From positions 3,296,001-3,360,000 of the forward strand of contig OZ244070.1 in assembly GCA_965215605.1 (NCBI GenBank): a stretch of 64,000 bases of DNA, read 5' to 3'. Source of the DNA: an uncultured Candidatus Binatia bacterium (GTDB lineage Bacteria; Desulfobacterota; Binatia; UBA9968; JAJDTQ01). Shown here in pieces: positions 30,201 to 36,869 of this stretch. The position numbers and the translations under genes were made by a program. How positions within the stretch are numbered: the first letter of the stretch is position 1; each line of letters begins with the position of its first letter. The notes under the pieces are model-generated. The model did not search any database, was not told where the DNA came from, and saw nothing but the letters and a program-made list of their open reading frames with translations.

Positions 30201-33200
30201 ACCAGAGCGTGCTCGACGAGCCCCGGGAAACCTTCACCGCTACGTTGTCGCTGCCGAGTGCGATCGCGGGCCTCAGCGTAGATTCGGCGAAGTCAACCGC
30301 CACCGTCACCATCGTCGACAAGGACCCGACCCTGGTGACGCTGTCGGCGCCGACGGGCAGCATCTCTGAAAACGGCGGCACCAAGACCGTCACCGTCGCA
30401 CTCGGCCGGGCCCTCGTCAGCCCCGAAGTGCTGACGGTGCCGCTCAACTTCGGCGGCGTCGCCAACCGCAACAGCGAATACACGGTCGCCTGCGCCAGCG
30501 CCCAGGGCGTGCAGTGCAACAACCTCAACAGCGGCAATGCGAGCGTCACCTTCACCGGCGGCGCCAACGCCTCGGCCACCGCGACCCTGACCATCACCGG
30601 CATCGAAGACAACGTCGAGGAAGGCAGCGAATCGGTGACCGTGAGCCTCGGTACCCTCGACGCCAATTCCGGCACCAATCTCGACGGCGGCGCCTCCGGC
30701 AGCGGGTTGAGCAGCGGCTCGGTGGACTTCAACCTGAGCGAAATACCCACGATCGCCTTCGAGCGGGACAACTACGAAGTGACCGAGGGCAGCACCTTGG
30801 ATGTCGTGCTTGTGCTCTCCCAGGAGCTCGAAGGCTGGGTCATTGGCGTCTTCGATTACGAATACGAGTCCGCCGGCAGAAGGGACACCCAGTTTGACAG
30901 TGAGATATTCAGTTGGTTCGAACCCGGCGAAACGCGGCTGTCGGTATCGGTTCCCACCTCGCAGGACGACCACTACGAACGGGACGAGACCTTCCGTCTG
31001 GAGGTTCGGTACGCCCGGGAATACACGACGCGGGGAGGAAGCAACGTTCGAACCAATATCCACGGGACGAAACTCCACGGTCCTCCGCCGGCCACGACCA
31101 CGATCACCATTCGTGACGACGAGGAAGCGCAGGCCGGCGTCACCGTCCGCCCCGTCAGCCTGCCCGTCACCGAAGGCGGCCAGCCCCAGGACTATCGCCT
31201 GGTGCTCAACCGTGCGCCGGCGGCGAACGTGACGGTGATCGCGACCACCCGGGACGAGCGTGAGGCCCAGGTACACAGCGGCCAGGATGCCCCGGCGCGC
31301 CAGACCACGCTCACCTTTACGCCCGGGAACTGGAACGAGCCACAGCCCGTCACCGTGACCGCGGTGCAGGATTCCGACACCCGCGACGATGTCGTGCGCA
31401 TCGACCACGAGGTGCGGGGAACAGGCGAGTATGCGAACGTGACAGCGGAACCGATGGTGGTCGTGATCACCGACGACGACACCGAGGTGCAGCCGCTGAT
31501 TTCGATCTACCCCGACTCCGGAAGGGCGATCACCGAAGGCAGCACGGCCCGCTTCCGGGTGATCGCCACCCCGGCGCCGAGCGGCAGCATCGACGTAAAC
31601 GTGACCGTCGCCGAAAGCGGCGACTTCGCCGACAGCGGGCAGACCGGCGCCAGAACGGTCACCATTGGCAACGGCGGCAGGACCAGCTTCCTCCACGTCA
31701 CCACCGACAACGACAGCGACGACGAGGCCAACGGCGCCATCACGGCCACCGTCGACCCCGGCAACGGCTACGACCCCGACGCGGTGTTCGACTCCGCCTC
31801 GATTACGGTATTGGACAACGATGACGCGACGCGGCCGGAGGCGAGCTTCGCCGCATCGTCATCGAGCGCCGGCGAAGGCGCGGGCACACGCAACATCCAA
31901 GTCGATTTCGACCCGGTGCTGACGACCGGCATCACGCTGCGCTACGACGTCAGCGGCAACGCCACGGGCGGCGGCAACGACTACAGCATTTCCGGCGCCG
32001 GCAGCCTGCAGGTCTCCGCCGGCGCAAGCAGCGCGAGCATTCCCGTCTCGATCATCGACGACAGCACGGATGAGCCCAACGAAACCGTGCGACTGACCCT
32101 CACCAGCGGCAGTGGCTACCAGCTCGGCGCCCAAACCGTCCACACCCTCACCATCACCGACAACGACGACCCGCCCCCGGCGACGCCGGTGGTGAGCATC
32201 AGCGGCGGTGGCAGGATTACCGAAGGCGGCACCGCCACCTTCAACCTGAGCGCGACCCCGGCGCCGCCGAGCCAGATCACGGTGAACGTCGACGTGGTGG
32301 ACAGCGGCAGTTTTGCCAATAGCGGCCAGTTCGGATCACGCCAGGTCACCATCGGTACCGGCGGCAGCGGCACCCTCACCGTCACCACCGACAACGACAG
32401 CACCGACGAGCCGGACGGCAGCCTCACCGCCAGCATCGCCAGCGGCCAGGGCTATTCCCCGTCGAGCACCAGCGGCTCGGCGTCGATCGCGGTCAACGAT
32501 GACGACCTGCCGCCGCCCACGCCCGCGGTCAGCATCTCCGGCGGCAGCGCCATCACCGAGGGCGGCACGGCCACCTTCACGCTCACCGCCTCGCCCGCGC
32601 CCCAGGGCAGCATCAGCGTCAACGTCAACGTGACCCAGAGCGGCGATTTCGCCCGCGGCGGCCAGACCGGCACCCGGCGCATCACCATCGGCGGCAGCGG
32701 CACGGCCACCTTCAGCGTCACCACCAACAACGACAGCACCGACGAACCCAACGGCAGCATCAGCGCGGCGGTACGAAGCGGCACGGGCTACACCGTGCAC
32801 AGCCAGAGCGGCTCGTATTCGGTAACGGTCAACGACGACGACGAGCCGCTGCCGCAGATCAGCATCAGCCGCGACGCCGCCTCGGTAGGCGAAGGCCAGG
32901 CCGCGAGCTTCACCTTGAACGCCAGCCCCACCCCGACGGCGGATCTGGTGGTGCACCTGAACATCTCCCAGCGCGGGGATTTCGCCGCCGATGGCGCCAC
33001 CGGCGCGAAGACCGTGACCTTCCCCGCCAACACGGCCACGGCGAGCCACACGGTGGCCACCGTCGACGACGACAGCGACGAGCGCGACGGCTCGGTGACG
33101 GCCCGGGTCGTGTCGCGTTCGCACTACCGGGTGGCGTCGGCGAACGAGGCGAGCGTGTCGGTAACCGACGACGACGTGCCGGTGCCTGAGATTCGCGTGA

Positions 33201-35407
33201 CCTCGGAGCAAGCGACGCGTCCGGCTTTCCGGGACGGAACCGACTTCGAGGGCGCCACGCTGAAATTCACCCTGCACGCCGATGTCGCTCCCGAGGCGGA
33301 CCTTGAGGTGACGGTCCAGGTCGACGAGCCGGGCAACGCGTTCGTGAACAGCGCCGACGCCGGCACTCGCCAGGTGACGATCCCGGCGCGCCAGACAAGA
33401 GCGACGCTGAGCGTGCGAACCATCGACGACAGCATCGTGGAGGATCCCTCCAGCGCCACCGTAACCGCCACCGTGCAACCCGGCACCGGCTACACCGTGG
33501 CAGCGCAGCCCAGGAACGAGGCCGAGGCCATCGTGCACGACAACGACGGCCTGCCAACGCTGTCCATCAGCGACGGTTCGGCGGAGGAAGGTGACGAGGT
33601 CTACTTCCAGGTAACGTTGTCGAAACCCGTAGCCCACGAGGTGAGCTTCACCTACAGCACCGAATCGGGGACCCTTGACGGCCGGAATTACGGCAACGCC
33701 AGTCAATCGGAGGATTATCCCTTCACCAGCAATAACGCCACCATCTACCCCGGCAGCGAACGGTTTGAGATCTGGATACCGACCTTCGACGACGCCCACG
33801 ACGAGGGCGATGAGACCTTCACCGTCATCCTGTACTATCCCGAGAACGCGACCATCGAGGACGGCGAGGGGACGGGCACGATCAAGAACTCCGACCCGCT
33901 GCCCGGCGCCTGGCTCGCCCGTTTCGGTCGCACGGTGGCCGAGCAGGCGCTCGACGGCATCACGGCGCGCATGGAGGCATCCCGGACGCCGGGTCTTCAG
34001 GGCAGGGTGGGCGGCCACGTTCTTGGAGGCGGCGGAGGGGCCGGGAGCGGTCAGGAATCGGTGACGGCAGCGCCGGGGACGGGCAGTTACGCTCGCCGAA
34101 CCGGAAACCGGGCTGGATCCGTTCCTGATCCCGGCGCTCTCGGAAACGGACCGGGCCCGCCCGGGCGGTATGACGCAGGGCGGATGATGAGGGGCAGGGA
34201 GTTGCTGGCGGGGAGCGCGTTCACCCTGACCGGTGACCCGGACGCGAAGGACGGTGCGGTGGCGTTCTGGGGCCGGGGCGCGTACACGAGATTCGACGGC
34301 AAGGAGAAGGCACTGAGTCTCGACGGCGAGGTCACCGCGGCCATGCTGGGCGCCGATTACGCGCGCGACCGGTGGCTCCTGGGACTCGCGCTTGTGCAGG
34401 GCTGGGGCGACGGCGGCTACACCGACCCGGGCACGAGTTCGGGCAAGCTCGACTCCACGCTGATCGCGGCCATCCCCTACGGCGCGGTGCAGGCGACGGA
34501 GCGGCTGAAACTATGGGGCTCGGCGGGCTACGGTCAGGGTCAGGTGACGTACGAGCCGGAGGAGAGCTTCACCGAGGCGCGGTTGGGTTCCGCGTTGAAG
34601 GCGGACACGGGCTGGCGGCTGGCCGCGGCGGGGTTGCGCGGCGACCTGCCGGCGCCGTCCTTCGCCAGCGGCTTGGCGTGGGCGGTGGTGTCGGACGGCA
34701 TGTGGGTGCGCACGACCTCGGACAGGACCGGGGAGTTGGTGGCGTCGGAAGCGGACGTGACCCGGTTCCGGTTGGGTTTGAATGGAAACTGGACGATGGC
34801 GCCGGGAACTTCCGGATCAAGCTCTGCCTGGGGCGGGGGCGCGCTTACGCCCAGGCTGGAGGCGGGTGTGCGTCACGATGGCGGCGATGCCGAGACCGGG
34901 TTCGGCATCGAACTGGGCGGCGGCTTCACCTGGATCGTCCCGCGGTACGGCCTCGACATCGACGTGCGGGGCCGGACGCTGCTGTCGCATGAGGCGGACG
35001 GGCGCAAGGACCGGGGGTTCTCCGGCGCCGTCGCCTACGACCCCGACCCGGCCAGCCAACGCGGGTTGTCGTTCACGCTGCGCCACGAACTGGGTGGAGA
35101 GGCTTCCGGCGGACTCGACGCGCTGTTCGACGCGGAGTCCGTCGGAGAGCGCCCCGGCAGTGAGCTCATGCGCCGGTGGACCGCGGAAGCCGGGTGGGGA
35201 TTCCCGGCTTTCTCCGGCCTGTACACCGGCAGTCCGCACGTCGGCTACGGCTTGGCCCCCAACGGCCGCGAATACACCCTCGGCTGGCGCCTGGAGCCCG
35301 CGCCCAACGCCCCGGACCTCTCCCTCGGAATCAAGAGCACCCGGCGCGACAGCGACCACGACCCCACGGAGTACCGCTTCGGACTCGAAGTCCGCGCCCG
35401 ATGGTAA
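15209..35407 (+). CDS. Giant (~6700 aa) repetitive surface protein/adhesin: signal peptide, tandem Calx-beta/Ig-like modules, C-terminal autotransporter-like beta-barrel
   Basis: Signal-like segment ...AVVFLFALWLPAVLPSAATA|Q. Many EG...DEPDETFTVTL/...I.DDD Calx-beta-like signatures. 14 copies of an LxRxL(V)xGE module and about 12 NW/W..PQ.VTV modules. C-terminus AWLARFGRTVA...LDGEV...LGADY...RHDGGDAETGFG...EVRARW ends in an aromatic residue. Start uncertain: GTG 15209, ATG 15275, or ATG 15183 via the G-tract. Confidence 0.9.
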   Translation: MGGGGSSRVFSGTVFSVVGVNFMGPLVARWLGGAAAKLGEGPLFIGNLTSAATSAVVFLFALWLPAVLPSAATAQNPTPAYSLNINVTSISADGGGITLQPQYSAFIGSERSTLVGADSIYRGYFGQGGLPTQKFFDAIVLVGAPAGMRVTAATIDNPFQNVHGVGPGNGHRTVHITVSGADAPLTGNVAAALTVKRELLTYLDPDDGQMYSEHLSSVQSEWIDISAPLTITPGNVTHPLDFDGIPVRLSEDGAAGVYRTALNNDPGNGNTVTVSVTSSDPGAATVSPATLTFTGGNMGSWQTPRRVTVTPVADADGSDESLFVYHAISGLGSTTQGGAVGVTVTDDDGAGVVVSQQYHTFYRNQSRNTRSEYTLRLGTPPSAPVTVALSSSNSSRVSIATGSSVTINPNDWNQPQTVSLALGSTFGFANNPVTITHAVTSADSDYNGVDVPSVLVQYRNVGANADPIEFSNPRFSIAESGSGQYTLKLRRDPGSGRTVTVNTSVATAGNFAQEVPGAMVSPQSFTFTGGSSGTWSTAQTVTVTPIPDGNSDNETVTVSHSITGWPGNTRGGDVTVIVTDNLAGGGLVFDPPLVKVERGVPARYGVRLKTKPVARRWVVDPLGSYYEERYTEVDVRISSQNLNVVRPHPVGQFPGLEFNTNNWNVPQWVSIEHGGTDDTTTLFHTTSVNYDEPINGEYVTLVDESYRNLSIGLTAQAQPTTTVSTQPRATLSVSPTTVAEGGSLRVRVSLEGGTAPTSAKIIPLIYTNGSAADADYTAVGTARILANQRSATVTVAVADDSLFEDDETFTIALGEMPFGIRPPGSAQTSSVDITISANDKPEIGIAADAAEINEGNTAGFTITATNPSQSDIDVGLTVSRTGTYVAVGDTGGKSITLPAGQTTLDYDITTDELASDDPGGSVRIALGASSNYSVDSAAASGQVAIRDTDATTVALASGAGNIAEATGETPITVTLGRGLVAGEALSLPLTVGGTAVRDTDYTIAEPATLPAGVTYDAGNATPTITFTGPNSGESASSATLTLTAVQDAFDEGAGETVSFTLPALDANSGTGLDGGVSGSGSATVTIDDDDAEPEVSIQGPSSALTEGDSATFTISVDGSAAQDLTIGVSVSQTGAFVNASAIGNKTLSVASGTSSATHTVATVADSNDEPSGSLTVTLTDGTGYQIASGAGSASVALTDDDATGVTLAGSGSAISEAGGSKTVSVGIDRGLVNGETLRLPLTLGGTATLGTDYSLSAPSPIPTGVTYANLGSTDPVNSPPTIVFTGPTSGATAASTTLILRATPDNRDEGTLESVTIALPNLNANSGTGLDAGASGSGSVSFNINDDDDQPIIRLARQSGSGAITEGEQVAFSITANRPSDSDLTIALNVTDSGDFLAAADEGSKELVLEAGETSLTYTLATATDVTDERSGSVGLALAAGTGYTRHGSQSAVTVTVNDDDATLVTLTVPAGNISETGGTKTLTLTLPRALEGNESLPVPLGFAGNAAFGTDYTLAEPNSRPAGVSYSNLASSNPASSPPTVTFSGQSGGGATSATVILRATSDALVETNESLSVGLGTLDASTGSNLHGGARGTGSGSFAITDGTGAPEIRVTAGAVAVEGMAAKFTVRSSATSTRSLRVNLSAAQSGNFVAGAELGAGKSVVIPAGETSAMYSVPTLSDGVDEANGAVTLTVASGTGYSVSSSAGSASVTVTDDDSTTVTLASSDTTATEGSTTETGAFTVTLGRALVSGESLQVPLTARGETEYTLALAEATGIALSNNRDLTFTGGAGAERTATVTYRADVDSDDRNEEVRFSIPGSTSGSPRMTATGLGGGVVGSGSALVVVTDTGESGRGRVNVQPASLTIAEGGSRTYRMVLTTDPGSGAEVVITPASNNTDVTFSPASLSFTGGAAGNWSTWQRVTVAAAEDADTAVDSVTLSHTISGYAGVTSVPNVSVSVTEAGAGFLVSPARVDVVAGQSVDYTIRLTSQPAGNVVLDLTSSDTTIATVPSSVSIPPASWQSGVAVTVTGVAAGAASISHAHATTTDSGYATATLPGDLAVNVFAAAPPVITVESNANANGVTEGADASFTINASPAPASDLVVSFTVEQNGDFATRELPTSVTISTTDTGSALVLIPTAQDTTDEPDGSFVLTLQPGADYSLGGASSVTVPVTDNDLTTVELSTGSTRIAETGGGQTFIVQLDRSLVAGESVSAPLSLGGTASLGTDYRLHPLAGSSGIRYEGLATASPTVVFTGGPNSSVLATVTVRAVSDLVDDDDETVIVTLGTPTSTGLGGGASSAGATPATFRIIDDDGDTQPTVSIAAGSGVTEGTPASFTVSVSPALAADASNLTVNLNVGQMGDYVASGDRGMKQVTINAGSGSATYRVPTDADSQDEAAGSVTVNVDPGSGYQVSGSSASASVAVADNDHTAVTLSATAGNISEASGAKEIKLTLGRVLVSGETLTQRLSFGGTATFGADYTLAAPSPLPSGVSFSNLGSSNLSASPPTVVFTGGTGASRVATLTLTATQDTTVEASGETITVGRGTAAQTGLGGVVGSGSVASFRIVDDDSAAAVPELSITAGDGVTEGASAAFTINSTQAAPSSGLRVTYTLSQQGEFVASTAVGSGKTVTIPAGQSSVIHRIATTADSIDEAKGSLTVSLASGTGYTVSASAGVASLEVEDNDPTGVTLSASSSAIPETGGVKRVTLTLDRALVSGEVLAVPINVSGGVAAGDYSLGQPASPPAGVTYALSGNAPRITFNGSNGAPRRATFTLSATSDLVDEGEAESVTLGLGSPTPSGTGLAGGASGSGSATFDITDDDGTPVIRIEGGNRVAEGSNAVFMLKASPAPQQALTINLNVADDSVADFVASGNQGSQPVQIPAHTTTKTYEVATVNDSNDEPRGEVTVTVANGTGYTPAQTAASDTVQVSDNDRTTVTLSLPDSTATESSASDTATVRLALPRALVSGESVSAALSFRGGRIGREFSLSPPSPLPSGVAYDLAASPPTVTFNGGAGASSAATVLVSALADTDETDGSVNVRLGTIAPTGLDGGAGGTGSGSIQLTDAGAQPAVDVDMDSLSVNEGATVSYRVKLHTNPGGTVTVTPQSGDSTRLTVPGALSFNSGNWSNWRTVTLTSLADADLTDDDVTVTHTVSGYGSVTTAPSVTVSIIDGGAGVTVNPTALSVNEGANGSYSVRLNSRPSASVTITPTSGDTVTATVGNAVTFAPAEWSSAKSIQVSGVNGGQARISHSVSSTDTAYAAVTPSPVDVTVTGTARVRVSALTVIAVEHGAAGTYDVWLNTDPGAAVTVTPQTTSSAIALSAALSFNSSNFRVPQRVTVTANTDTNTNSESATITHAVSGYSGVNQGPVVAVTVQDAGSRILVSPTSLTVKEGTSTSYTLTSTTEPTSNVTVTPTGLGGRVTVSPSPVTFGPGRGLTQQVTVQGVAAGSVTLNHRIAASNPNSSFWRVTVPPVSVRVTPADAVIVSPINLAASEGGTATYYVELASDPGGAVTVTPASSDTGAATVSGALSFNSSNWSAPQSVTVSAVQDGDGDHENVTISHQVSGYTGVSSAPSVTLFVGDDEFRPTASVQAGTGGNRTEGQAVTFDFSAPDITSDVTLHYSLSATGGYVASGDLGAKTLTVPAGGATPGAARISVATLADSIDEPAGTVTVTLTNHTDYTVSATAGSATRTVDDNDRGSATLAAPAGNIAEDGGSKTLTLTLNRALAAGESVALKLAFSGKASLGTDFTLAAPSPLPSGVSYALEGATPTVTFTGSSAASATVILNAEDDSRHEGTGESVSVSLSEIQSADISGLGGGMSVSGSRAFTILDDDKLGLPQASITPSSNNTVAEGGFADFTITLNRAPAKRIFVQVTLSDAPDSDFLSATLEVPYDLTFPAGRTTATLPILTNGDSVDEPSGAIRARVTGGGESAGYDPGTPNVAEVTIIDNDRSSVTLETPDASAMEGDSSDTASLSLTLNRGLASGEILKVPLRFAGGVPGTDFTLACPSPLPTGVACADLGNANAAVTFTGPAAGVTATSVTLTLTVSDDQDANHERVTVSIPASTNGNPGLTATGLGGGVRGARTGNGQIALIDDDTPPPPNVSLSVNNSGAVTEGGTLTVTAEVSEAPSGQSIRIPVQRLAASSTAEAGDYRLAGNITIASGATTGSATLTARNDGDDELTETLRIELGSPPEGYINSADSGIDISITDDTATDVVLTTPDTSAAEADANDTAEIRITLGRGLEGSESLIVPLQFSGGTLATDFNLALSGTPAGVTFDSATGELTFAGPTTSATVASVLLTAAVDDNAGDDIVTVSIPTSSFAGTPRLTATNLDGGAAGRRTGNGRITLKDAGLNVRTVGWAATTLTTNETAAAGTVNVALSSADTSALTFRVCLSDGTATLGSDYQGVITAADRCTGSGGNADFTIAASDTTEPVSFKSVVDTVDEPDETYSATITLPTPVAGLGISPATIDVTIRDDDPTVVSLARTGSGAINEGGKVEFTVSLGRALVTGETIDVPLPIGGTGVNTGDWSLAKKAGANTGISLLDTNTATPTVRFSGAGAQTATLELASISDGTGEGSGETYAIALGSNTQFDNDADTNVGGGADPHGTNNRFTVLVNDPRSIGWSATALSINETDAGQTTGSVNASLSTGNGPVTFRVCLADGSASRGASADYRGFGTSSNAACTGSGGSNADLEIASGQSSKAVTFTVNGDTTDEPDETFTATLSLPSAVTGLSLDTSKTTVTATIVDNDPTVVSLARVGSGAIYEAGKAEFTVTLGRALVAGEIIDVPLSTSGTNITTGDWSLAKKAGATNTGVSLSNVTGQNPNVRFTDAGARVATLELTATVDGTTESGGETLTLALGPDGSGANGFDRSTLATNVGGGADPHGSNNSFNLTINDGRTIGWQTTAVTVNESSNAVNLTAELSEGTGPVSFRVCLAGESATFGDDFTGVVRNTARCTGSGSNNADPSIGSGASSKQLSPGIDQSVLDEPRETFTATLSLPSAIAGLSVDSAKSTATVTIVDKDPTLVTLSAPTGSISENGGTKTVTVALGRALVSPEVLTVPLNFGGVANRNSEYTVACASAQGVQCNNLNSGNASVTFTGGANASATATLTITGIEDNVEEGSESVTVSLGTLDANSGTNLDGGASGSGLSSGSVDFNLSEIPTIAFERDNYEVTEGSTLDVVLVLSQELEGWVIGVFDYEYESAGRRDTQFDSEIFSWFEPGETRLSVSVPTSQDDHYERDETFRLEVRYAREYTTRGGSNVRTNIHGTKLHGPPPATTTITIRDDEEAQAGVTVRPVSLPVTEGGQPQDYRLVLNRAPAANVTVIATTRDEREAQVHSGQDAPARQTTLTFTPGNWNEPQPVTVTAVQDSDTRDDVVRIDHEVRGTGEYANVTAEPMVVVITDDDTEVQPLISIYPDSGRAITEGSTARFRVIATPAPSGSIDVNVTVAESGDFADSGQTGARTVTIGNGGRTSFLHVTTDNDSDDEANGAITATVDPGNGYDPDAVFDSASITVLDNDDATRPEASFAASSSSAGEGAGTRNIQVDFDPVLTTGITLRYDVSGNATGGGNDYSISGAGSLQVSAGASSASIPVSIIDDSTDEPNETVRLTLTSGSGYQLGAQTVHTLTITDNDDPPPATPVVSISGGGRITEGGTATFNLSATPAPPSQITVNVDVVDSGSFANSGQFGSRQVTIGTGGSGTLTVTTDNDSTDEPDGSLTASIASGQGYSPSSTSGSASIAVNDDDLPPPTPAVSISGGSAITEGGTATFTLTASPAPQGSISVNVNVTQSGDFARGGQTGTRRITIGGSGTATFSVTTNNDSTDEPNGSISAAVRSGTGYTVHSQSGSYSVTVNDDDEPLPQISISRDAASVGEGQAASFTLNASPTPTADLVVHLNISQRGDFAADGATGAKTVTFPANTATASHTVATVDDDSDERDGSVTARVVSRSHYRVASANEASVSVTDDDVPVPEIRVTSEQATRPAFRDGTDFEGATLKFTLHADVAPEADLEVTVQVDEPGNAFVNSADAGTRQVTIPARQTRATLSVRTIDDSIVEDPSSATVTATVQPGTGYTVAAQPRNEAEAIVHDNDGLPTLSISDGSAEEGDEVYFQVTLSKPVAHEVSFTYSTESGTLDGRNYGNASQSEDYPFTSNNATIYPGSERFEIWIPTFDDAHDEGDETFTVILYYPENATIEDGEGTGTIKNSDPLPGAWLARFGRTVAEQALDGITARMEASRTPGLQGRVGGHVLGGGGGAGSGQESVTAAPGTGSYARRTGNRAGSVPDPGALGNGPGPPGRYDAGRMMRGRELLAGSAFTLTGDPDAKDGAVAFWGRGAYTRFDGKEKALSLDGEVTAAMLGADYARDRWLLGLALVQGWGDGGYTDPGTSSGKLDSTLIAAIPYGAVQATERLKLWGSAGYGQGQVTYEPEESFTEARLGSALKADTGWRLAAAGLRGDLPAPSFASGLAWAVVSDGMWVRTTSDRTGELVASEADVTRFRLGLNGNWTMAPGTSGSSSAWGGGALTPRLEAGVRHDGGDAETGFGIELGGGFTWIVPRYGLDIDVRGRTLLSHEADGRKDRGFSGAVAYDPDPASQRGLSFTLRHELGGEASGGLDALFDAESVGERPGSELMRRWTAEAGWGFPAFSGLYTGSPHVGYGLAPNGREYTLGWRLEPAPNAPDLSLGIKSTRRDSDHDPTEYRFGLEVRARW
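15211..15223 (+). repeat. G13 homopolymer tract at the 5' end of the giant gene (candidate phase-variation SSR)
   Basis: 13 consecutive G, the longest homopolymer seen in the window. It lies between an RBS-preceded ATG (15183) and the giant reading frame. Confidence 0.85.
28304..30330 (+). repeat. Internal tandem triplication (~0.8 kb unit) within the giant gene
   Basis: Units begin RTVGW (28304), RSIGW (29105) and RTIGW (29948); each has FRVCL...CTGSG..NAD. The 25-mer CCAACGTCGGCGGCGGCGCCGACCC is shared near 29037 and 29880. Confidence 0.8.
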
Positions 35408-35481
35408 GGCGCCGGGGCGCGGCGCAAGCTCCTGGTGGGGTTTGGGCAGGTGTTGCCCGCGTGCGACGGACAGGCTCCTGG

Positions 35482-36360
35482 TCACGTCCACGCCAGGACG
35501 AACACGCCGGCGACGATCAGGGCGGCGCCCACGCCGTCCTGGAACCGCACGATCTCGATTCCCTTGAGGGTGAAGTGGGCCAGCGCGAAGGTCACCAGGG
35601 GCTGGATGTTCCAGATGGGTCCCACGATCACCGCGGGGGCGTGGACCACGGCCAGGAACGTCAGGATCGTGCCGATGGCGTGGATCACGCCGGAAGCGGC
35701 GAAGCACAAGGTGGCGGCCAGGGGCACGCCGCGGAAGACGATGCGGAGGCGCAGCACCTTGCCCAGCAGGAAGATCATGGCCAGACCGGTGATCTGGGTA
35801 ATGAGTGCACCGACGATGGGGTCGCCGCCCAGGAGCACGCCCAGGCGCTTGAGTATGGGGCCCAGGCTGTAGAAGGCGAAGGACAGGAAAGCGTTGACGA
35901 ACCCCATCAGCGGGGCCGGCGGAACGGTCCCGGAACTCTTGACGTGGGTGATCAGGAGGATGCCCGCGACGATGGCGGTCACGCCGCCCAAGGTCCCGGG
36001 GGTGGCGCTCTCGCCCAGCAGGGTGACTCCGATAACGGTGGTGAGGAGCGGCGAGGCGTTCTTGATGGACTGAGCGCGGGAGGCGCCGACTTGGTCAATG
36101 GCCCGCAGCAGGAAGACCCGGCCGAAAAACGCTCCCACCGCGCCCAGGACCACGAAGGTGGCCACCGCGGGGAAGGGGACCGGGAACCCGCCGGCGTCGT
36201 AGACGACGATCCAGACCAGTGCCAGGAATGGCACCATCGCCGCCTGCTGGATGGTCACGGCGGCGTCCACGTCCGAGTATACGAGGCCGCGCTTCACCAG
36301 CGGCGGCACCAGCCCCCACACGATGCCCCCGGCGAGGGCGTAGATGATGCCGAGTCCCAC
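35482..36360 (-). CDS. EamA/DMT family transporter
   Basis: 292 aa with about 10 hydrophobic segments in two repeats (SPLLTTVIGVTLLGE; QPLVTFALAHFTLKG). Confidence 0.88.
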   Translation of the reverse strand: MGLGIIYALAGGIVWGLVPPLVKRGLVYSDVDAAVTIQQAAMVPFLALVWIVVYDAGGFPVPFPAVATFVVLGAVGAFFGRVFLLRAIDQVGASRAQSIKNASPLLTTVIGVTLLGESATPGTLGGVTAIVAGILLITHVKSSGTVPPAPLMGFVNAFLSFAFYSLGPILKRLGVLLGGDPIVGALITQITGLAMIFLLGKVLRLRIVFRGVPLAATLCFAASGVIHAIGTILTFLAVVHAPAVIVGPIWNIQPLVTFALAHFTLKGIEIVRFQDGVGAALIVAGVFVLAWT

Positions 36361-36443
36361 GAAACGCAGCCTGGTCCGCCGGCTGCCTCGTGGTCAAACC
36401 GGCCGCCCGGTCCACCCCGCCGGGGCGGCCCGAACTAGATCGG

Positions 36444-36869
36444 TCACTGCGCGGGCACGACCTTGATCTTGATGGTGTGCGCCAGCTTCTTGCCGAAGGA
36501 GCGGTGGAGGCCGTCGGCGAACTGCATTGTCAGGGTGTAGTCCCCGGGCTCGAGCTTGATCTCGGCTTCGGTCTGGCCCTTGCCGTAGTGCAGGTGGATC
36601 TTGTCCGTCGGGATCACCTTGCCGCCGCGCATGGCGCCTTGGTTGATGAGGATGTGATGGTGCCCGGTGCCTTCGACCACGGCGCCGGAAGGTTTGACGG
36701 TGATCCCCTCCACGCCCATGACCACCTTCACCGGGCTCACGACTTCCGCCCCGTCCCTGGGTTCGACGAAGAAGACGCGCGGATCCTGCGCCGCCGCAAA
36801 GCCCGCGAACCCCACGATTACAAGAAACGCCGCCGCCGAAACCAGTGCAGATCCGAGCCTGTTCATCAT
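36444..36869 (-). CDS. Secreted DUF4399-family protein
   Basis: Signal peptide, VFFVEPRDG, GTGHHHILIN, HYGKGQTE, LEPGDYTLTMQFADGLH; AAGGAG RBS. Confidence 0.88.
   Translation of the reverse strand: MMNRLGSALVSAAAFLVIVGFAGFAAAQDPRVFFVEPRDGAEVVSPVKVVMGVEGITVKPSGAVVEGTGHHHILINQGAMRGGKVIPTDKIHLHYGKGQTEAEIKLEPGDYTLTMQFADGLHRSFGKKLAHTIKIKVVPAQ

Noticed and set aside
15209-35407. DGR target or CRISPR-like array in the repeats
   Set aside because: No reverse transcriptase, no adenine-specific TR/VR pair noticed and no constant repeat-spacer period; the repeats are in-frame protein modules.
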